A stretch of 62,891 bases of DNA, the filler included, from Octopus bimaculoides (lineage: Eukaryota): the NCBI RefSeq assembly GCF_001194135.2. It is 5 parts of 5 records of this genome, joined end to end, with 100 filler letters (N's around TTAATTAATTAA, not from the genome) between each part and the next. Parts side by side here need not be neighbours in the genome. Positions count along the whole stretch, not along the records: positions 57,546 to 62,891 come from NC_068986.1; 4 more parts are not named here. One strand, written 5' to 3'. Shown in pieces: positions 60,457 through 62,891 of this stretch (the first letter of the stretch is position 1; every line of letters begins with the position of its first letter). A program made the translations under genes and the position numbers. The notes beneath the pieces are model-generated. The model searched no databases. It saw only the letters and a program-made list of their open reading frames with translations, and was not told the DNA's origin.

Positions 60457-60902
60457 CAGTAACCACTCGCCATATCGCGGTTCACCTATCGCGCCCTCAG
60501 TACTTCGCGGATTTTTTCTGGCTAATATATGTAAATTTATATCGCGGACTCCTCAGTATATCGCAGGTTTCTGCCACCAATAGGTATCTATATTTTTTTA
60601 GATTTTAGTTACTCCTGTGAGGAAATAAGCATTTTCACGCCTAAAAATTCATAAATTGATAAGTAAAAGTACAGTACAGTACTGCACTGTATTACACATT
60701 AATTAAAATATATTAAAAGAAAATACGTAGTGTACCGTAGATGAGTAAACAAAGAACCACACATACTGCATGGAAAACGAAACTCGGGAGGCGTTTGTGC
60801 GTGGTGTTGTGTTGCATTTATAATGAAATAAATATATACAAATTATAAAAATAGAATATATATTTTTTGAACGTAACGCCTGCACTAGTCGAGGGATTAC
60901 TG
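60457..60902. mobile_element. Tigger/pogo-type MITE
   Basis: TA|CAGTAACCACTCG ... CGAGGGATTACTG|TA. Confidence 0.8.
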
Positions 60903-60983
60903 TATATATAAACACACACATACATACACATATATATGTGTATGATTGTATGTATGCATATATGTGTGTATATATGTATATCT

Positions 60984-61046
<63 letters not shown>

Positions 61047-62002
61047 NNNNNNNNNNNNNNNNNNNNNNNNNNNNNNNNNNNNNNNNNNNNNNNNNNNNNN
61101 NNNNNNNNNNNNNNNNNNNNNNNNNNNNNNNNNNNNNNNNNNNNNNNNNNNNNNNNNNNNNNNNNNNNNNNNNNNNNNNNNNNNNNNNNNNNNNNNNNNN
61201 NNNNNNNNNNNNNNNNNNNNNNNNNNNNNNNNNNNNNNNNNNNNNNNNNNNNNNNNNNNNNNNNNNNNNNNNNNNNNNNNNNNNNNNNNNNNNNNNNNNN
61301 NNNNNNNNNNNNNNNNNNNNNNNNNNNNNNNNNNNNNNNNNNNNNNNNNNNNNNNNNNNNNNNNNNNNNNNNNNNNNNNNNNNNNNNNNNNNNNNNNNNN
61401 NNNNNNNNNNNNNNNNNNNNNNNNNNNNNNNNNNNNNNNNNNNNNNNNNNNNNNNNNNNNNNNNNNNNNNNNNNNNNNNNNNNNNNNNNNNNNNNNNNNN
61501 NNNNNNNNNNNNNNNNNNNNNNNNNNNNNNNNNNNNNNNNNNNNNNNNNNNNNNNNNNNNNNNNNNNNNNNNNNNNNNNNNNNNNNNNNNNNNNNNNNNN
61601 NNNNNNNNNNNNNNNNNNNNNNNNNNNNNNNNNNNNNNNNNNNNNNNNNNNNNNNNNNNNNNNNNNNNNNNNNNNNNNNNNNNNNNNNNNNNNNNNNNNN
61701 NNNNNNNNNNNNNNNNNNNNNNNNNNNNNNNNNNNNNNNNNNNNNNNNNNNNNNNNNNNNNNNNNNNNNNNNNNNNNNNNNNNNNNNNNNNNNNNNNNNN
61801 NNNNNNNNNNNNNNNNNNNNNNNNNNNNNNNNNNNNNNNNNNNNNNNNNNNNNNNNNNNNNNNNNNNNNNNNNNNNNNNNNNNNNNNNNNNNNNNNNNNN
61901 NNNNNNNNNNNNNNNNNNNNNNNNNNNNNNCTGCATACGTCTTTGTGTACAAATGTATTTCATATTTACAAAAATAAATACAGATTTACAAACATACACA
62001 AA

Positions 62003-62064
<62 letters not shown>

Positions 62065-62101
62065 TATATATGCCTTCGCTTTAGTTAACATCTAGCATGA
62101 T

Positions 62102-62301
62102 GGGCGGAGGAAGTGGTTCTTCCGTTCCGTTCGGTTCAGCTACCAACAAATACTGTTGGATGTAGTGGAATGATCTATTTACCACTCCAAGACTCCGGCG
62201 CTTTAGCACGCTTGTCACTGCACACAGTTCTGCAGTCTGTTGCAGCCAATCACTTGCAACGAAGTCATTTTTATGCTATCGTCTGCTGCTTGCTTTCAGT
62301 T
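62102..62301 (+). promoter_or_regulatory. Candidate TATA-less promoter (GC box, ETS-like sites, CCAAT box, Inr)
   Basis: GGGCGG at 62102-62107, GGAAGT at 62109-62114, CTTCCG at 62119-62124, AGCCAATCA at 62244-62252 and TCAGTT at 62296-62301, in a unique GC-richer island. Confidence 0.35.
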
Positions 62302-62389
62302 GCTTCACCCTCTTCCCCTCTCTGTATTCTTATCTTTCCTTTTCCATTTCTCTGTTTCTCTCTTTTTCTCTCTTCTTTCACCAGCGATG

Positions 62390-62446
<57 letters not shown>

Positions 62447-62891
62447 GTATTTTCTTGTCTATCTATCTAGCTCGGTCGTTGTTATATTTCCTCTTTGTGA
62501 CTGCTTCCGTAATGGCCCAGCCTCAGATAGGCACACGTGTAACAATGAAAGATAAACAGTCCATACATTTACGTATACCTTGACAACTTCATAGATATAA
62601 TACACACACACACACACATACATTACTCAAACGCATACACACATACACTTATGTACTGATAAGACGTGACAGATCTCGCTATCAAGCATAAACAAATGCA
62701 TTCTTAAGCATATATACACATGCACATATACAAAAACATACGCACACAGAACATAGCATACTTATATAGGAACATTAAGTTCCATAGTGAAGACGGCATA
62801 TTTGAATGTGAATTATATTTAAAATTTCAATAAACATATGATTAATTATAAATGTATAGATATAACGGAGTATATATATATATATATATAT

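Overview
Repeat-dense, gap-riddled animal genomic DNA, most likely octopus (inferred from the SINE families and the extreme CA/TA/GATA microsatellite load). Four artificial 100-bp spacers (44 N + TTAATTAATTAA + 44 N) split the window into five blocks whose adjacency is uncertain. The only host protein-coding gene I can support is the 3' part (7 exons, 291 complete codons plus stop, 388..13219, minus strand) of a clan-3 (CYP3A-like) cytochrome P450. Six of its splice junctions match human CYP3A4 in position and phase, and it has one extra intron. Its 5' exons are not visible. The rest is mostly decayed mobile DNA: CR1, RTE, R4/Dong-like and Tx1/L1-like LINEs, an internally deleted Gypsy element, several Penelope-like elements (PLEs), Helitrons (one with both termini intact), a MULE derivative, hAT/Tigger/mariner MITEs and tRNA-derived SINEs. 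The most interesting hidden layer is a set of seven type-I hammerhead-ribozyme motifs, intact to degenerate, in PLE-type terminal repeats. Several sit in inverted-repeat arrangements and one is sense to the P450 pre-mRNA inside an intron. PLE hammerheads are known biology, and I found no clearly new system beyond these candidates. All coordinates and alignments were done by eye: splice sites and termini should be exact or within a few bp, TE outer boundaries are approximate, and no database searches were run.
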